A DNA stretch of 64,000 nt, from the sequence record NC_019408.1, one strand, 5' to 3'. The translations under genes and the position numbers were made by a program. Positions within the stretch are counted from its first letter, which is position 1. Each line of letters starts with the position of its first letter. The notes under the pieces are model-generated. The model was not told the origin of the DNA and searched no databases. It saw nothing but the letters and a program-made list of their open reading frames with translations. Positions 63,001-64,000 of this stretch are shown here, one piece after another.

Positions 63001-64000
63001 ACGGCGAACTTCAAGAAGGACCTCGCGCCGCTCAACTTCAACGACCTCTTCAAGCGCGCCCAGGCCCTGGCCGACGGCACCTTCCAGCGCACGGCCGCCG
63101 CCTCCAAGCCGGGCAGCGCGCTGATGGCTCCGTCGCCGGCGCAGACCCAGGCCAATGCCGCTGCCGTCAAGGCGACCATCGCCTCGATGGGCGATCGCGT
63201 GTACGCGACGGCTGGCCAGCACATGGGGCAGACCGCCGCCAAGGACGGCGCCTCGCTGCAAGCCTACTTCAAGGCCAACGGCGTCACCATCGACCCCAAG
63301 AAGTTGTCCTGGTGCGCGGCCTTCGTCAACGCGGTCCTGGCTCAAAACGGTCTCTCGGGCACGGGCTCGCTCGCGGCGTCGTCGTTCAAGGACTACGGCT
63401 CGGAAGTCAGCCGCGCCGACGCCAAGAAGGGCGACATCGTCGTCCTCAAGCCGCAGGACAAGCTCAAGCGCACGACGGGTCACGTTGGCTTCCTGGACGG
63501 CTTCAACAGCGACGGCAGCGTCCGCCTGCTGGGCGGTAACCAGGGCGGCGGCGTCAAGGTCTCGAACTTCAAGGCCGATCAGGTCGTCTCCTTCCGCCGC
63601 ACCGGCACGGGCGGTGCTTCGGGCGCTGATCCCAGCTTCCTGGGCGGCGCGATCAAGGACGGCCAGGGCGAAGAGGGAGGCTCGCGCTACGAGCGCCGCA
63701 TGAACGCCTTCAAGGCCCTGGGCACCATCACCGGCCAATCCTCGCCGGCCGCCGACGCCCTGTCCGACTACCAGGGCAACCTCGAAAAGCTGCGCGACAT
63801 CATCGTCTCGGAAGAGAAGCTGATGACCGACGTCGGCTCCGACGGGCAGTCGTTCTTCAACAAGACCAACCTCGAAGCCCTGGCGGCCACCCAGAAGAAG
63901 TGGAACCGCTCGATCGTCGAGGCGCTGAACCCGATCGCCAAGGAAGCGCGTCTGCTGTCGGAAGGCAACGACGTGCTGGAACTGCGCGCCAAGGGTCTGT
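60070..64000 (+). CDS. Tape measure protein (3' partial) with an embedded CHAP/NlpC-P60-like domain
   Basis: MDSEALKLKIDSSQAR start; GKISSEEFNRQIGEQIPG tape-measure motif; SWCAAFVN...GHVGF at 63307-63495; missing from the ORF track because there is no stop in the window. Confidence 0.9.
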   Translation, partial: MDSEALKLKIDSSQARQDLDALARSLDRASKAAGSMQSNLAKGVDKSNDALVRGAKNIEKFARVTAELSKVKLSGDPAKQLTEFANAVSAVARAREISAAKLTGLSKFVQVGAQISKLKFSAESFSGLRAFTQAMDEAGRARAVSGAKLKAWVDFIDVSARASRLRFPSQTTSSIKALAEAMDAIAKVRTLSPSRLASIKEMFTVLASAKGINGANGIARDLDAIAGAATRAAKAMNELKGARSGMGGARGSGGGSGGISAGSAATVKRFNEEVAKTSQHTATAKKGLTGLGEGLTGLSGRFNLAYQAGTLFSAMFSSFTFGGLIKGIYDTSVSFQKLNKAMLFVTGTYDGAKKASQDFIDISVQLGASVEDNADAYSRFAISSAAAGLKLNDVNKIYKSTQLALTAVGANSEQVGYAFYGLSQAMAKGKISSEEFNRQIGEQIPGNAQAGARALSKLTGQQKSVADLFDEMRKGTLQSAPFLKAWADEVSRMFAPLLPEAEKRPDFQLNKVKTAFSLWKKEVGQSQFIGALTTQFKRLSDMLIVVKGDHYVLTDRGKKLADSFGKGLAQAVNILGNALAWLADNMDKVVSVIKVIGALAIGNEFAKWGSQVAKFADNMLGVKKAIEEVSAAESTAQAKRAVVNKSGAVNTAASLATDRMAMATNRSRDAVMGGTFVGSAAAPAVRQAPAFSQLSYLTGAPTEAARGRATFGQRQPFTGNSTFDARPAARGNMLGGLMGAASAGAATAATTAFSGLRKVINLLPGVALTAAVALAIFGNSMTKLNDKAVSYNNIAAGALGTAGDQVGMGLTGLFNGIRGLLGAQQKAAGTGDWLVDISASLIVFGKTIFTLASTLGKILGTMMSNIIIPWIDLGQKLSSGDLKGAAAASGEILLGQFGKESRKRWGDLGKELGQDWGKALDYAGTRKSIVDGALKSAAGDTAATQGANAAQKMTEAALAQMKAADDQALAAADLKDATANFKKDLAPLNFNDLFKRAQALADGTFQRTAAASKPGSALMAPSPAQTQANAAAVKATIASMGDRVYATAGQHMGQTAAKDGASLQAYFKANGVTIDPKKLSWCAAFVNAVLAQNGLSGTGSLAASSFKDYGSEVSRADAKKGDIVVLKPQDKLKRTTGHVGFLDGFNSDGSVRLLGGNQGGGVKVSNFKADQVVSFRRTGTGGASGADPSFLGGAIKDGQGEEGGSRYERRMNAFKALGTITGQSSPAADALSDYQGNLEKLRDIIVSEEKLMTDVGSDGQSFFNKTNLEALAATQKKWNRSIVEALNPIAKEARLLSEGNDVLELRAKGL

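Overview
This window is part of a high-GC jumbo siphophage genome whose gene order matches the phiCbK-like Caulobacter phages. In order it holds: the terminase large subunit C-terminus; a roughly 9.7 kb block that is probably the long terminal repeat (LTR) with early genes; many small accessory genes; portal, scaffold, major and minor capsid genes; a 2805-aa glycine-rich fibre module; a cluster of 31 tRNA genes; PhoH; head completion, tail tube and chaperone genes (with a -1 frameshift site); and the start of the tape measure gene. The most striking observation is in the tRNA cluster. Two tRNA arrays each follow the pattern promoter, short leader ORF, alternative RNA pairings, intrinsic terminator, and each leader peptide is written almost entirely in the codons read by its own downstream tRNAs. 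This suggests ribosome-mediated attenuators that switch on phage tRNA arrays when those tRNAs run short. Other signals include CtrA-box early promoters, GANTC-fused sigma70 promoters, a recurring GTCAC-N14-GTGAC palindrome, a Tat-signal-bearing paralog of part of the capsid protein, and a BTLCP-type protease. All calls were made by eye; no database searches or folding programs were run.
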